Assembly: GCA_964016885.1 (NCBI GenBank)
Contig: OZ024741.1
Coordinates: 40,362,001 to 40,426,000, forward strand
Direction of reading: 5' to 3'
From: Eledone cirrhosa
Taxonomy: Eukaryota
Length of the DNA stretch: 64,000 nucleotides
This document shows positions 15,043-28,015 of this stretch, piece after piece (within the stretch, counting starts at the first letter, position 1; each line of letters opens with the position of its first letter). A program made the position numbers and the translations under genes. A model generated the notes under the pieces. That model made no database searches. It had not been told where the DNA came from and saw only the letters and a list, made by a program, of their open reading frames with translations.

Positions 15043-15144
15043 CTGTCGTATCTCGTTCATTCGGAACCAATCGGGCGTGCGGCGTGGCGTAGCGTGATGG
15101 CCACAGGAACGAGTCTCGCGAGAGAGTCGTAAAATACACACCAC
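15043..15144 (-). CDS. Candidate isolated 102-nt internal exon of an unidentified host gene
   Basis: Unique CpG-rich island between repeats. The minus strand has TGTAG|G at 15144 and CAG|GTTAGT at 15043; length is divisible by 3; two open frames (GVYFTTLSRDSFLWPSRYATPHARLVPNERDTT or VVCILRLSRETRSCGHHATPRRTPDWFRMNEIRQ). Protein not recognised; weak polypyrimidine tract. Confidence 0.35.
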
Positions 15145-15264
15145 CTACATACATGTTCTGTGTGTGTATATAGATGTATGTATATATATAGATATACATA
15201 CACACGTACATATATCATGTGTGTGTACATACATGCACACACACATGATATATATAGATGTATG

Positions 15265-15334
<70 letters not shown>

Positions 15335-15414
15335 TCTTTCTTTACACACACACACATACATATATACATAGAGATAGATAGATACTTACATATACACACG
15401 CACACACGCACACA

Positions 15415-15458
<44 letters not shown>

Positions 15459-15491
15459 TATATATATAAATGAAAGGTATAGAAATATATC

Positions 15492-15523
<32 letters not shown>

Positions 15524-15556
15524 TATATAATATATATATGTATATATATATATATA

Positions 15557-15629
<73 letters not shown>

Positions 15630-15692
15630 CATTGTAGAAATGAAGAAAGCTAAACGAAGACAGAAATCAGAGACAGATTGTATTTGAGTTAG

Positions 15693-15723
15693 ATGCTGCA
15701 GTTACTACTGATGATGATGATGC

Positions 15724-15791
<68 letters not shown>

Positions 15792-16330
15792 CTGCTGATG
15801 ATGATGATGATGATGATGATCGCCCTTCTTTCTTTCTCTAATGGCTGTCCATTTAGCCCTGTATGCTTTACTTAATAATTATGATTGCTTTAGATAATGT
15901 CACCGCCATCGCCCCCACAGCTGTCAATGATAATGATGGTGATGGTGATGATGATGATGATGATGGTTATGAATATGGTGATGATGATGGTGATGGTGAT
16001 GGTGACGATGATGGTGATGGTGATGGTGGTGGTGGTGATGGTGATGGTGATGGTGGTGGTGGTGGTGGTGATGATGATGGTGATGGTGATGGTGACGATT
16101 ATGGTGATGGTGATGGTGATGATGGTGGTGATGGTGATGGTGATGATGATGGTGATGGTGATGGTCATGATGATGGTCATGATGATAGTGATGATGATGG
16201 TGATGGTGATTGTGATGGTGATGATGATGTTGATGGTGAATGTGATGGTGATGATGATTGTGATGGTGATGGTGATGGTGATGATGATGATGGTGATGGT
16301 GATGGTGATGGTGATGATGATGATGATGAT
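15693..16330. repeat. (GAT)n/(GCT)n/(GATGGT)n low-complexity tracts
   Basis: Directly visible. Confidence 0.92.
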
Positions 16331-16780
16331 GGCAGTTGTAGTAGCATTTGGACAATATTTACAGAATTCTGATGAGGCTGTTGTTGTTGCTGTTGGTATT
16401 TATGACAACGACCATGCTGGGGCACTGCCTGGGTGTCACACAACATTTCCAATGACGGATCGAATCCCCTTTCCAGGTTTGAACGCAGTCAATTTCTTCC
16501 AGAGAAGGAGAGGGTGATAGAGAGAAGTGCGAAAGTGTTATAGGGGAAGAAAGAAGCCCAGTATTGGATGTCTACATATGTATCTACCTGGAAAGGGTGA
16601 AAACAAGGCATGCTACCTGTTTTTCTAACCACTCTACTAATTCACCGCCTCTATATGTATGTGTGGTCCCGTAACTCCTGATAGAGTCGTTGGGGGTTCG
16701 TATTGACATGCGGCGTTTCTTGGGCATTTTAAGCCTGGCGGATGCCATACCTCTCCAGGCCTGAGTACAGCAGAGGAAGA

Positions 16781-16940
16781 ATCGACCCCAGTAATAAACT
16801 GGTACTTTTTTTTATCGAACTCGAAAGGATGAAAGGTAAAGTTGACCGACCTCGGCGAGATTCGAACTCAGAGACTAGAGAGCCAGAACAAATACCGCTA
16901 ATCATTCACCTCTTCTAACAACTCTGTATATTCGACGCCT
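16781..16940 (-). mobile_element. Diverged SINE S1-related copy
   Basis: ATCGACCCCAGT...CTGGTACTTT..TATCGAACTCGAAAGGATGAAAGGTAAAGTTGAC..GATTCGAACTCAG. Confidence 0.8.
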
Positions 16941-18083
16941 CTATAAGTATATACTTACATACAATTAATATGTAATCAATACAAATATCTTAAGGAGTCT
17001 ATAAATGAGTCGATTACAATGAATTTATTTATGGAATTAAGTTACCTAAGAAGTATTATTACGTTAATTCAGCAGAATATCTTTTAAGAAGTCAAAGTTT
17101 TAATTCAAATCTAAATCTTTAATGTATAATCAAAGAGTGAAGAATCTAATGGTGTATGAACACATCGACAGATAATAAAGTGCTGTTAGGTTTCATCGAC
17201 GATGTGTTTTAAGAAGATCAAAGACTTAAATCAAACCAACATATCTAATATATAGATAAACAGCTAGAAATCCTATTATGACAAATCTTTATATTGATCA
17301 GTTAAATCAATGATTCTCTGAGTATGCACTACCGCCCCCTGGGAGCGTTGGGAGTCTCAAGAGTGGCGCTGCAAGGCAAAGGAGTGAAAGAGGGGTCGTT
17401 GTAAGCCATTGAGTGGCAAGGGAAGAAAGTGAAGAAAGAATTCAAATTAAGAGATGCTAGTAAAACTGTCACCTTTAGTTATTCAATAAACGCTTAAATA
17501 AAACAAAATATAAGTATCAAAATTCAATTTTCAATATATATATTTTTTTTATCACTTTTACAGTGGATGGCGTTGATGAGATATGTTCTCTAATAGTGGA
17601 CGGCAGTCCAAACCATTTTGGTTATATCGATTTGCTAAATTAGTGTATTGCTATAACTGGGTAAGAGTACAAAACCAAAACACATTACTCTATCAACTCT
17701 AAGGATTTCATCGAACAAATATTTTAGGAACGCATTTAAATTGTTTTTTCCTGTGTATTTTACTCCATATAAAATATTCTATCTTTATTCTCTTTAACAA
17801 CTCCCCACGGATCCTCTCTTCATAATAGGTTTTTAATCCGAAAATATTTGAGGTAATTAAATTTGCTAAGATAAAATTCCATCGTCCTCATTCTTTCTTC
17901 TATAACTCCTATTACCTTGGTACTTTTAATCTTGTACACATTGTAGGGCTTTTAAATATCTACACTTACTTAGATTTGTATTTCCTATTCCACAATGCTT
18001 CAAGCAACCTACAACAATCTCTTATATGTTTGTGTTATAGTTTCACTGTATGTATATTAAAAGTCACCTAGTTTAATATATAA

Positions 18084-18479
18084 TTGTTTCTTCTTTTGGC
18101 ACAAGGCCAGCAATTATCCCAGTACATTACTGGTACTTTATTTTATCGACCCCGTAAGGATGAAAGGTAAAGTTAACCGCGGCAGGATTTGATCTCAGAC
18201 CGTAAAGGGACGTAACTCTATGCTGGAAAGCATGGCGTCCGACCCTCTACCGATACTGCCAATCCAAATCCAGTTTAATATATATAATTGTTTCTACTTT
18301 AGGCACAAGGCCAGCAATTACCCAGTGCATTACTGGTACTTTATTTTATCGATCCCGTAAGGATGAAAGGCAAAGTCAACCTCGGCGGGATTTGAACTCA
18401 GATCGTAAAGGGACGTAACTATGCTGGAAAGCATGGCATCCGACTCTCTACCGACCCTCTACTGCCAATCCACCGCCTT
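18084..18479 (-). mobile_element. Two head-to-tail SINE S1 copies (18084-18265 and 18288-18479)
   Basis: Both are nearly identical to 32192-32374 and are separated and flanked by the TSD-like sequence TTAATATATA(TA)TAAT. Confidence 0.95.
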
Positions 18480-18750
18480 AATATATATAATGTTTCATCA
18501 TTATAGTCGAAAAGGTAGAGTGTGTTTAGGGAGTTATATTATTAAATGTACGGCAATGTTTTGAGTAGTATAGCATATACCGTAAACCATACTTTGAATG
18601 ATTTTCGTCAATTTGCATCTTTTATGCTCCACATCTCAATTTCTTGTTGACAAATGTGGCTAATATAGAGATAATTCAAAGAAGCTCTCTCATATGCAAC
18701 TTTTGCCAAACAATTGTAAAAATATCTTACTTCGTTATATAGTTATTGAC

Positions 18751-18811
18751 AGTTATGTTTAGTGTTCAATGTAGCCCCACGTCGGGGCTACTTTGAATAC
18801 TAAACATAACT
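18751..18811. repeat. Hairpin with 28-bp arms and a 5-nt loop, built on a GGGGCTACTTTG motif (possible DNA-transposon end)
   Basis: AGTTATGTTTAGTGTTCAATGTAGCCCC-ACGTC-GGGGCTACTTTGAATACTAAACATAACT; CAAAGTAGCCCCG recurs at about 20208. Confidence 0.75.
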
Positions 18812-19099
18812 ATATATTATAGAGTAAAAGGTATATGTATAAAACATTTTATTGATATTTAATTGAAGTAAGTATAAATTTCACAGAAATTATTATAAAA
18901 AAGAATATTTAATTATACATACGACTAATGGAGTAATATATATGATTACACTTCAAAACAATTTCCAAGAAGCATGAAATATGAATAAAAAATTTTATTC
19001 ACAAACGTCACACAAATAGTAGTCTTGGCCAAGTTGCTACAAGTGTAAGCTTCATGGCACCAGTTTCTACCAGCAAATAAGTGAATTTTCTAATTGTAA

Positions 19100-19325
19100 A
19101 TTGCAGCAAAATTCAGGGTGAAAGGTAAAAGTGGTCATCGAAATGGACTAACACATGCTAAAAATAGCAAAATTCAGGGTGAAACATAAAAAAAAAGGTA
19201 GATAAAGAAGTGGTCTGTAAATGTGTCAGAAATAGCAGCTATATTCAGGGTGAAAGGTAAAAAAGTGGTCATCGAAATGGTCTTTACTCGTGCTAGAAAT
19301 AGCAACCAAAATCAGGATGACAGGG
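19100..19325. repeat. Short degenerate tandem repeat, about 4 units of 65-75 bp
   Basis: ATTCAGGGTGAAA...AAGTGGTC...AAATAGCA recurs. Confidence 0.7.
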
Positions 19326-19400
19326 ATAGTGGATGTTCGGCCATATGTAACCCAGCAAATATATAAAAATGTTGCTATATATCATAAATAATTATAAAAA

Positions 19401-19716
19401 GTTTCTTATATAGGCACAAGGCCAGCAATTTTAGGGGAAGGGAAAGTCGATTAAATCGACCCCAGTGCGTGACTGGTACTTTATTTTATCGACCCCGTAA
19501 GGATGAAACGCAAAGTTAACCTCGGCGGGATTTAAACTCAGACCATAAAGGACCGTAACTCTACGCCACAAAGCATACTGTCCTACTCTTTACCGATACT
19601 GCCAATCCACCGCCCTGGTATAAATAATTATAATAATTGTTTCTACTTTTGGCACAAGGACAATACTTATCCCAGTGTATTACTGGTACTTTATTCTATC
19701 GACCCCGTAAGGATAA
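19401..19716 (-). mobile_element. Full SINE S1 variant (19401-19615) followed by a truncated S1 copy (19636-19716)
   Basis: Same core and head (ACTGCCAATCCACCGCC); flanks ATAAATAATTATA duplicated. Confidence 0.92.
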
Positions 19717-20539
19717 AAGGGTAATAGAAAGAATGGAAAGTATACAAGAAACAAATAATACAAACACGAGACATTTTTAAACATTCAAAATAGCCACGAT
19801 TTTGGCGAGATCGACAAAATGTCTGAATTACACGGATTTTGTAGCTGAACCATACATCCAATTAAAATGTAATTTACAGAATCAATTATAAACATATTAA
19901 GAATGTATCAAATGTAAAAATATATACAAAACACACATTCATTCCCTTTGATCAGACTGTAACTTGATAGAGTCAATATTTCAGTGTCTGTGTGTCGCCT
20001 ACAAAATTTACATATTTTTTACGGAATTTAAAGTCATTTAAAGGAAATACTTTAAGATAAAGTTTAAATGATAATGAAAGTTTCGATTTATCAAGACATC
20101 TTTTCCAAAATAATAATATTTAAGAAACTATTATGGCATAAAGAGTTTTTATTGTTTTTTTTTTTGTTTTTTTTTTTTTTTGGGGGGGGGGGGGGGGGTC
20201 TTTTTTGCAAAGTAGCCCCGAACGTTCAAAGTATCTCCGGTTTACGATACTGAATTAATCACCATTAATAAGATATGGATGTTGATGATAGAAGGAATTA
20301 TGAAAGAATAGCCTAGGACAGGGGTAAAACATATGATTGTAGAACAGGGGTAAAACATATGTTGCAGTAAATTTAACATGAAAACAATGTAATGAGTTCA
20401 AAGGTGAGAGAAAAAACAGGAGTTGGCAAGGAACCACCTTAGAAAAATGTATACAACGCTTGATAAAATGTAAATAATTAATTCGACCACATAATATTAT
20501 TTAATATGGCCCTTGGATAATTTTAGTGGTGTCTACTCC

Positions 20540-20862
20540 CTTCCAAACATTCGGGCTAGGTTTCCGATTCGGGGATAACTTCATCCTCTCTTTCCAGTCT
20601 CGGTAGCCACGAACAGTCACACCACACTGACATATTTCTATATGACTTCTTTAGCGCTACTAGAGCAGATTGGGCTTCTCTGAACTAGAAAGTGACCTGT
20701 CATCTCAATCTCAGGACCACCTGTTGCGCTCATTTCTCCTGTATCTCACCCAACAGACTCCGTATAAATGACACAGCGCATCACCTGGGCTGTGAATCAA
20801 ACATACGACCTCCCGATTGAGACTTCAACACCCTAACCACTAGGCCAAGCGTCTCCACTCTC
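20540..20862 (-). mobile_element. tRNA-derived SINE (family S3)
   Basis: Minus-strand head TGGCCTAGTGGTTAGGGTGTTG...GTTTGATTC, similar to the head of 53817-54067. Confidence 0.65.
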
Positions 20863-21339
20863 CGAATGGATCTGTCTAAAACTGACTATTAAATGAAAAC
20901 CATAGAAATTGTGTATAAATTCCACTGTAAGAGATTTTCTCTTTCTTGATATCTTTATTACTCTTACTAATTACTAGTTTAACTAACTATTTACGATACA
21001 TATCAAATTAAAGCCATTATCACAGATACATTATTAGTCTTAACGATAAGACTCTCTCTATACAGCAAACGCTTGACTACCAAATTGAGAGCGATTGACT
21101 TTAAGATCCCGATTGATAGATTCCATCATCGATTATTCTGTGACCTTGATCACGATAAACTGATTCCCAGTTGGAAATGATTTATTTATGAATCAGCTAA
21201 GATGGATGATATTGTAAAACATAATCTAATGAGACGCTATTTTGTCTTAAACCTTATCTAAAGGTGTTCCTGTGTATTACCTTCGTATCAAGTAGGGTTT
21301 CTAGTCTATTGAAGTATTTATTAAGAGAGGAATGTTTAA

Positions 21340-21460
21340 AATATTCACTTCACAATCAGGAGATCCCTTGTTCGGTTCCACTACTGTTTTGCATCATGGA
21401 CAAATGTCGACCCAAATCATATGAGTAAAATTCAGTAGACGAAGACGATTTGAACGCTCG
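21340..21460 (+). mobile_element. Decayed SINE S2
   Basis: GTTCGGTTCC B-box-like, GGACAAATGTC, GAGTAAAATTCAGTAGACG. Confidence 0.5.
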
Positions 21461-22133
21461 TCAGATTACCGTACCTGTAATTCAATGAGAAAGCCTTATT
21501 ACACATTGTCACTTGCTATTTTACATGAAATTTACATAGAGGGTACACGTGTCTTTGGAATATTTAGCAATTTATACGTTGATCTAATGAGTATACCGTT
21601 GCGTTAACAACAGAAACATTTATTGTCGAAACACACAGATATCATTTAAATATATGTTATATGTGGTTACCCACCACAACCAATTACATCAAATCAATTA
21701 CCCATCATTGTCACTCACCAATATTAGGCACCATCTCTTCCACCATAGCAAGCTAGCCTCCAACGAGAGAGCCTCCGCGTAGTCAATTGGCCTTCTAAAA
21801 TTAGTAACAAAATCTTCCTAAAAAATCATAGATTTAATTAAACCGTGCGAAACTATTTTGCTGGTTTGAAAGCTGATGAGGATGAGGGATGTGTATAAAC
21901 TTGTCTTGTACATCGCCTTTCTTTATTTCCTTCTTCCAGTCACTTCTATGTGCCAATGCACTTATCCTTTTCCTCCTCCTCTTTCAAGCTTTTCTATGTT
22001 TTATCTGCCTTATGGATTGTCTCTCTGATGAACACTGGCTGCTGCTCCCTGTCGTCTGAGGTACTTTTGCTCATCGCTATCTTTGACAGCATTTGTGTTT
22101 CAGCGGCTGTTCTAGCGATGAGTTTCTCATTTT

Positions 22134-22216
<83 letters not shown>

Positions 22217-22400
22217 CTGATTTCTACAGGACTAGAACTGTTTCATTCGTATTATTTCATCAAGATTCCATACGAATGAAACATTTCTAGTGCTGCAGAA
22301 GCCATTTTTTAAATATAATAAAGATGCCTATAGTCTACTAATGTATTGAGTACCTTATTTAACTGTGATTGATCCCAACATAATTCGGGAACCTACATAT
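22217..22400 (+). mobile_element. PLE-type family I fold-back insertion (older copy)
   Basis: TTCTACAGGACTAGAACTGTTTCATTC and its imperfect inverse, then tail ATGTATTGAGTACC; same family as 48776-48969. Confidence 0.75.
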
Positions 22401-22420
22401 TACACACACACACACATATG

Positions 22421-22452
<32 letters not shown>

Positions 22453-22455
<3 letters not shown>

Positions 22456-22648
22456 ATAATAATAAATTTGAGGACTAAAATCCAAAGAGGGCTCGAAAAG
22501 GATAAATATATATCAAATATATAAGAAGCGTAGAGCAAATATTTATTAAAATAACAGATTAAAGTTTAAGCAAAGAATCGCTGCTTTCACCCGTAACGGG
22601 ATCTTCTGAAGCAGCGATTCTTTGCTTAAACTTTAATCTGTTATTTTA

Positions 22649-22655
<7 letters not shown>
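22453..22655 (-). mobile_element. PLE-type family A fold-back insertion in (TA)n with an HHR-like variant core
   Basis: 47-bp inverted arms 22540-22586 / 22609-22655; the minus strand reads CAGAAGA-T-CCC-GTTAC-GGG-T-GAAA (22585-22608). Confidence 0.75.
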
Positions 22656-22727
<72 letters not shown>

Positions 22728-22916
22728 TACTTGGGGAGGGTCATATTTGTGTAATATTGCCAGAATTAATAACAGAACACACTCACTGTTTGGTTGGTTT
22801 TCGCTTCTCGCTTCTGTGTCTTTTATATCGGTAATCTAACTTACTCGGTCCTCGATGTTGCCCTTGACTGACCGGCGGTCAAAAATAATACAGATACAAT
22901 ATAGACAAACACATAT

Positions 22917-22974
22917 ATATAGTTTCTCATAAATCTTTCGTTGCACATCTGCAACATCGTCAGTGGTGCTATAT
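22917..22974 (-). ncRNA. Type I hammerhead ribozyme motif of PLE-1
   Basis: ATATAG-CAC-CA / CTGACGA / T-GTTGCA-GATG-TGCAAC / GAAA / GATT / TA / TG-AGAAA-CTATAT. Confidence 0.8.
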
Positions 22975-23210
22975 TTTCCTCATGTTGTATTGTATGTCTA
23001 CGCCATTTTTATTCAGTCTGTCTATATATTTATTTATTTATTTGCTTGTTTGTTTATTTTATTTTGTCTTCTTTGCGCATGCGTTTGCGTGTGTGTATAG
23101 TGTTTTGTTTGCTGTGTGATGGGTGACTAGTGTGTGTTTATGTGCTTGTTGTTATTGTGCTTGTGTATGTATTTATTTATTTATTTATTTATTTTATTTT
23201 ATTTACTTAT

Positions 23211-23780
23211 TTATACTGCTCTTAGGTCAGTGTTGTTTGTTTGGGTGTTGTTGTTATTCCATTCATTCTTTCTGTTTAGCCTTGGTCTTCTAATTTCTAT
23301 TTCACTGGCCTCTCTGATTTGCCTATCTGCTGGGTCATTTCTATGTTTAGATATTATTCTAATTTCTATGTTTTCTATGTTACCGTCATGTTGTTGTATA
23401 GCATGTTCGTATAGTACTGACCCGTTTTTTCGTCCTTTTAGTTCCCCCCCAGTGTTGGTCTATCCTTTCACCTATGCTACGAGCTGTCTCACCTATGTAT
23501 GTTGTTGTCATGTTTCTGCAAGTACCCTCTGTACATCTTATGCTATAGACTACGTTTCTAGTTTTACAGTTTATCCGGGGGTTCACCTTACATATGATAC
23601 ATTTCCTATTGGTACAGTGGGTTTTCTTAAAAGGGTAGGTTTTGCTGATCAGGGATTTTATGGTGGTTCCTGGCTTTTCTACCACCTTTATTTTCAAGTG
23701 GGTCTTTCTCAGGGCCTTTCTACACTGGTTAGCTAATTTCCCTCCAGGGGTAGCGTCCACAAACATGACACTCTGGTATC
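23211..23780 (-). pseudogene. PLE-1 GIY-YIG endonuclease fragment with a +1 frameshift
   Basis: CTNRKCIIC...VVYSIRC...[16 protein letters not shown]; run of 7 G versus 6 G in the intact copy at 35341. Confidence 0.92.
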
Positions 23781-23985
23781 AGTCAATGGCAACATTGAGG
23801 ACCGAGTAAGTTAGATTACCGATATAAAAGACACAGAAGCGAGAAGCGAAAACCAACCATACAGTGAGTGTGTTCTGTTATTAATTCTGGCAATATTACA
23901 CAAATATGACCCTCCCCAAGTATAACAATATTTGTTTCGACACACGATTTCATATAAAAAACCTCGCAAAACTAATTCACAGCCG

Positions 23986-24025
<40 letters not shown>

Positions 24026-24693
24026 AGAACATAGGGGAGAAATTTCAAAACCCAAATTTTGTATTTTTTGTTTCTAACTACTTCGAAATCCATACCAGAT
24101 CGATTCCTTGACTGATAGAGAACACGAGAACCCGATGGTTGGGTGGGGAGGGGGAGAGGATTGAATATAGGGCGGTGGGGATTTGGATCCCAAAGTAAAG
24201 AGAATGATTTCTTGCTTGAAATGACAAACCCAGCTATCATTTGCACTTATTCTCTCTCTTCCTCTCTGTTACCCCCACTCTTTGTATTTTTCCTCCCCTA
24301 TTTCTGTCTCTCTCGCCTTTTTTTCGTTTTTTTTCTTTCATTTTCTTCACTATCACTTTCTTCTTTATTTTTTTCTTATTTTCCTTCATTTTCGTTTTCT
24401 TTTCATTTTTTTTTTTTCCACTATTTTTCTCCCTTTAATCTAAACGAAAGCTTTCAAGATGCTTCCTACCAAAAAAAATGACTGAACTCGTTTTACGCTA
24501 TCCCAAACTCATCCCAAACTTACTACAATTTTTGTTAGTGTTGTTATATATTTTATCCCTTGTCTAATAACGAAGTAGTTGTAAGATTAATTTTCATGCT
24601 CTTTCCTATTGTCTTCCGTAATTTTAGTCAAATGGACAAAGAAGATTTGATTCCTTCTGTTTCGAATATTGATCTATTAGATATTTGGTATAC

Positions 24694-24820
<127 letters not shown>

Positions 24821-24824
24821 CGAG

Positions 24825-24855
<31 letters not shown>

Positions 24856-25919
24856 TATATGCAGAGAAAGAAAGAGAGAAAGAGGAAAACAGAATGGTGA
24901 ATTTACAAGTTCGTAGTCTTCATGTTTGCTTACCCCTTATATATATGTGTGTGTGTGTGTGTGTAATATATATATACAGAGAGAAAGAGGGTGAAGAGAG
25001 AGAATGAAACAATAAAAACGATTAAATATAAATGAAATAAAATTTAAAAATAAGAATTAAAAGGAAAAGTGGATTTAAAAGAAAAACAAATAAGAATTGT
25101 TGATCGTTTTAAGGTGGATTCTTTTGTGATGCTTTTTCGTATTTTTTTTTACTGTTTTACTGAATTGTATGTATGTATGCCTGTATGTATGTATGTATGT
25201 ATGTATGTATGTATGTATGTATGTATGTATGTATGTATGTATGTATGTATACGGGTATATATATATATATATGTACGTATATATATAGATATATATATAT
25301 ACGTACATATATATTTATATAGTCGTATACATATATAAACATATAGATGTATATAGTCGTAAAGAGTGTGAGTATGTGTGTATGTGTGTGTCAGTATATA
25401 TGTGAATGGTTTCTGGTATATATATATACATATATATATACCAGAAGTCATTTGCATATATACTCACACACACACACATACACACACATACATACACACA
25501 CACTGACACAAACACAACATCAACAAAGAAAATTACAAAAGAAGCAACATTTCAGAATGATTAAAAAAAACTACTACACGAGGAAAAGATTTTTTTAAAG
25601 AAATAAACTTTAAAATAAATATATATAAAAAAAAAAACTAAGTAAATATATATATAAACAAAGAAATGCAAGAATATTTTAAGAAATGGAATTAAAAGTC
25701 TATGAAGACTTTGGTAAAAGTGGAGCTGATATTCGGCTTAAATCTAAAAGTTGGAATACATTGCAATGAAAGCTATACTTCTTAATACGGTGGACTTATC
25801 CAGAAGATTTTCCAGAAGGTCATTTGGTCTCTTGTCTTACTGAACAACAAAAAAATATAAACATATCATTTATAGAAAAAATTCCTTGTTTCTTGTATTG
25901 GTAATGATTAGAAGAGAAT

Positions 25920-26940
25920 GTAGTGGTGTTGGGGTTGATGGTGGGGGGAGTTTGTAGTGATGGTGGTGTTGATGGTAGGGGAGTTTGAGGTGGTTGTAGT
26001 GAGGGTAGTGGTGGTGGTGGTAGTGGAGGAGTTTGAGGTGGTGGTGGGGGTGGCGGTGAGGTAACTCGTGGGGAGGGGGCTGGTAGTGGTACTGGTGGTA
26101 GTGGTGGTGGGAAGCTCATGGTGAGGAAACTGTTGGTATTGGTGGTGGTGGTGGTCGCTGTCGTGGTGAGGTAACTGGTGGAGGGGCTTTTGGTAAGGGA
26201 GCTGGTGGTGGTGGTCGTGGTGAGATAACTGGTGGAGGGGGTTGATGGTGGTGAGCGAGCTGGTGGTGGTGAGGTAACTGATGGGAGTGGGCTGATGATA
26301 AGGGAGTTGGTGGTGGAACTGATGGAAGTGATGATGGTGGTGCTAGTGAGAAAGCTGATGGAAGTGATGCTGGTGGTCGTGGTACAGGAGCTGGTGGTAG
26401 TGGTGGTGGTAGTACTGGGGTGGAGGATAGTGAGGGTGTAAATGCAAGTAGATGTGATGGCCCTTGTGCTTGTATCGCTGGTGGTGGTGTTGTGGTTGAT
26501 GTGGGGTGGTAGTTGTGGTGATAATTGTGGTAGTGGTGGTGGTAGTAGTGGTGATAATGGCAATAGTAATGATGGTGTTGTTGACGGTGAGTGGTAGTGG
26601 TGCTGGTGGCGCTGATAATGGGGGAGCTGTTGTTGTTGATGGTGGAGGTGCTGTTGAAAATGGTAGCAGTGGTGGTGGCAATTGTGTTGGTGTAGCTGGT
26701 GGTGATGGTAATGTAGTTGTTGTTGCTGTTGTTGTTGATGGTGGTGGTGAAGGCGCTTGTGCTTGTCTCACTGGTGCTGGTGGTGATAATAATGGTAATG
26801 TTGTTGTTGATGGTGGATGGTAGTAGCGGTGGTGGCGCTAGTGCTGTTAGTGATGACAATCGTGGAGGTGATGGTGTTGGTGGTGGAAGTGGATGATAAT
26901 GACGTTGATGATGCTAATGGTAATGATGCTGCTAGTGCTG
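25920..26940. repeat. Degenerate GGT/GAT-rich low-complexity region
   Basis: Directly visible; internal GGTGAGGTAACTGGTGGAGGGG subrepeats. Confidence 0.85.
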
Positions 26941-26998
26941 TGGTCCTGGGGCTTTTGGTTTATAAGATATGAGAGATTATATATATATATACATACTG

Positions 26999-27045
<47 letters not shown>

Positions 27046-27069
27046 GTGTGCTATTTAACTTATGTTATT

Positions 27070-27200
27070 TTTTTTACTTGTTTCAATCACTAAACTGCGA
27101 CCATGCTGGGGCAACGCTTTGATTTAGTCAAGCATGTCGACCCCAATACTAAATATATCGATCTCATTTTATCAAGCCACTAAGTTCGGAGACAAAAACA
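27070..27200 (-). mobile_element. Decayed SINE-like interspersed repeat
   Basis: TTACTTGTTTCAATCA..ACTGCGACCATGCTGGGGCA..TCGACCCCA, recalled as a common octopus repeat; GACCATGCTGGGGCA also occurs at 16410. Confidence 0.55.
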
Positions 27201-27249
27201 CATATAGACATAAACGTAAACTTAGAATCACACACACACACACACACAC

Positions 27250-27332
<83 letters not shown>

Positions 27333-27700
27333 GACACACACACACATACAAACAAACACACACAAACACACCTTTTATATATATCAAGTTGTACTTCAAA
27401 CATAAAACAATCTGAGTCACATTTTTTTGCATAAAACTGAAAGAAATTCCCGACATCAGTTAGCTGCGACTTACAAGTCGCCAGAGACACACATATCCCC
27501 ATCTCTTTTAACTTTTGAAAAACATGAAACTTGTGAAACCAGTAAAGTTATAAATTATTGTAAATAAACCTTCTGAAAGACACCAATTGCATTATACTCC
27601 TTAAGAGATGTCAACATGAATGGACCTGTTATTTTTATCTAAAGACATTTTTTCCAATTCCATCCCGCCCGGCCCCTCAATCTATCTTATTTCTCATTCT

Positions 27701-27738
27701 TTCTTCTGACGAAGGACTAGCGTCCGAAACGTTAAGAC
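27701..27738 (+). ncRNA. Minimal hammerhead motif (PLE-type)
   Basis: CTGACGA(27706)-A-GGAC-TAGC-GTCC-GAAA-CGT-TA; stem I is weak. The element ends in (TA)n about 85 nt downstream. Confidence 0.7.
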
Positions 27739-27820
27739 CCTCTTCCTGCTATATCAAGCATTAACCTAATATATACCTTCCATATACTGTATCGATTGTG
27801 TTGTTATTTTTTTTACCTTT

Positions 27821-27997
<177 letters not shown>

Positions 27998-28015
27998 TCT
28001 TCTGTTTTAGGTAGC

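Larger units (their letters stand above)
22724..23986 (-). mobile_element. Penelope-like element family PLE-1, 5'-truncated copy with inverted 3' segment and 60-nt tail
   Basis: 22724-23780 is near-identical (reverse) to about 35011-36078. 23779-23926 is an inverted copy of 22724-22870, extended to 23986. (TA)n on both sides. Confidence 0.95.

Noticed and set aside
11269-15132. 1287-aa Thr/Pro/His ORF (mucin- or extensin-like) and antisense poly-Val ORFs
   Set aside because: A (CAC)n tract with frame slips; no signal peptide or domain.
16177-16590. Minus-strand acceptor (TTTTCACCCTTTCCAG) followed by a Gln/Ser-rich ORF
   Set aside because: Frames close quickly and run into microsatellite with stops; no donor identified.
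17564-17660. Plus-strand exon with good splice sites (TTTTACAG| ... |GTAAGA)
   Set aside because: Stops in all three frames; a non-coding exon cannot be excluded but is unsupported.
21900-22135. Minus-strand coding-like purine-rich stretch
   Set aside because: Multiple stops and no recognisable family.
24628-24688. Small plus-strand exon (QMDKEDLIPSVSNIDLLDIW)
   Set aside because: Weak donor and no recognisable homology.
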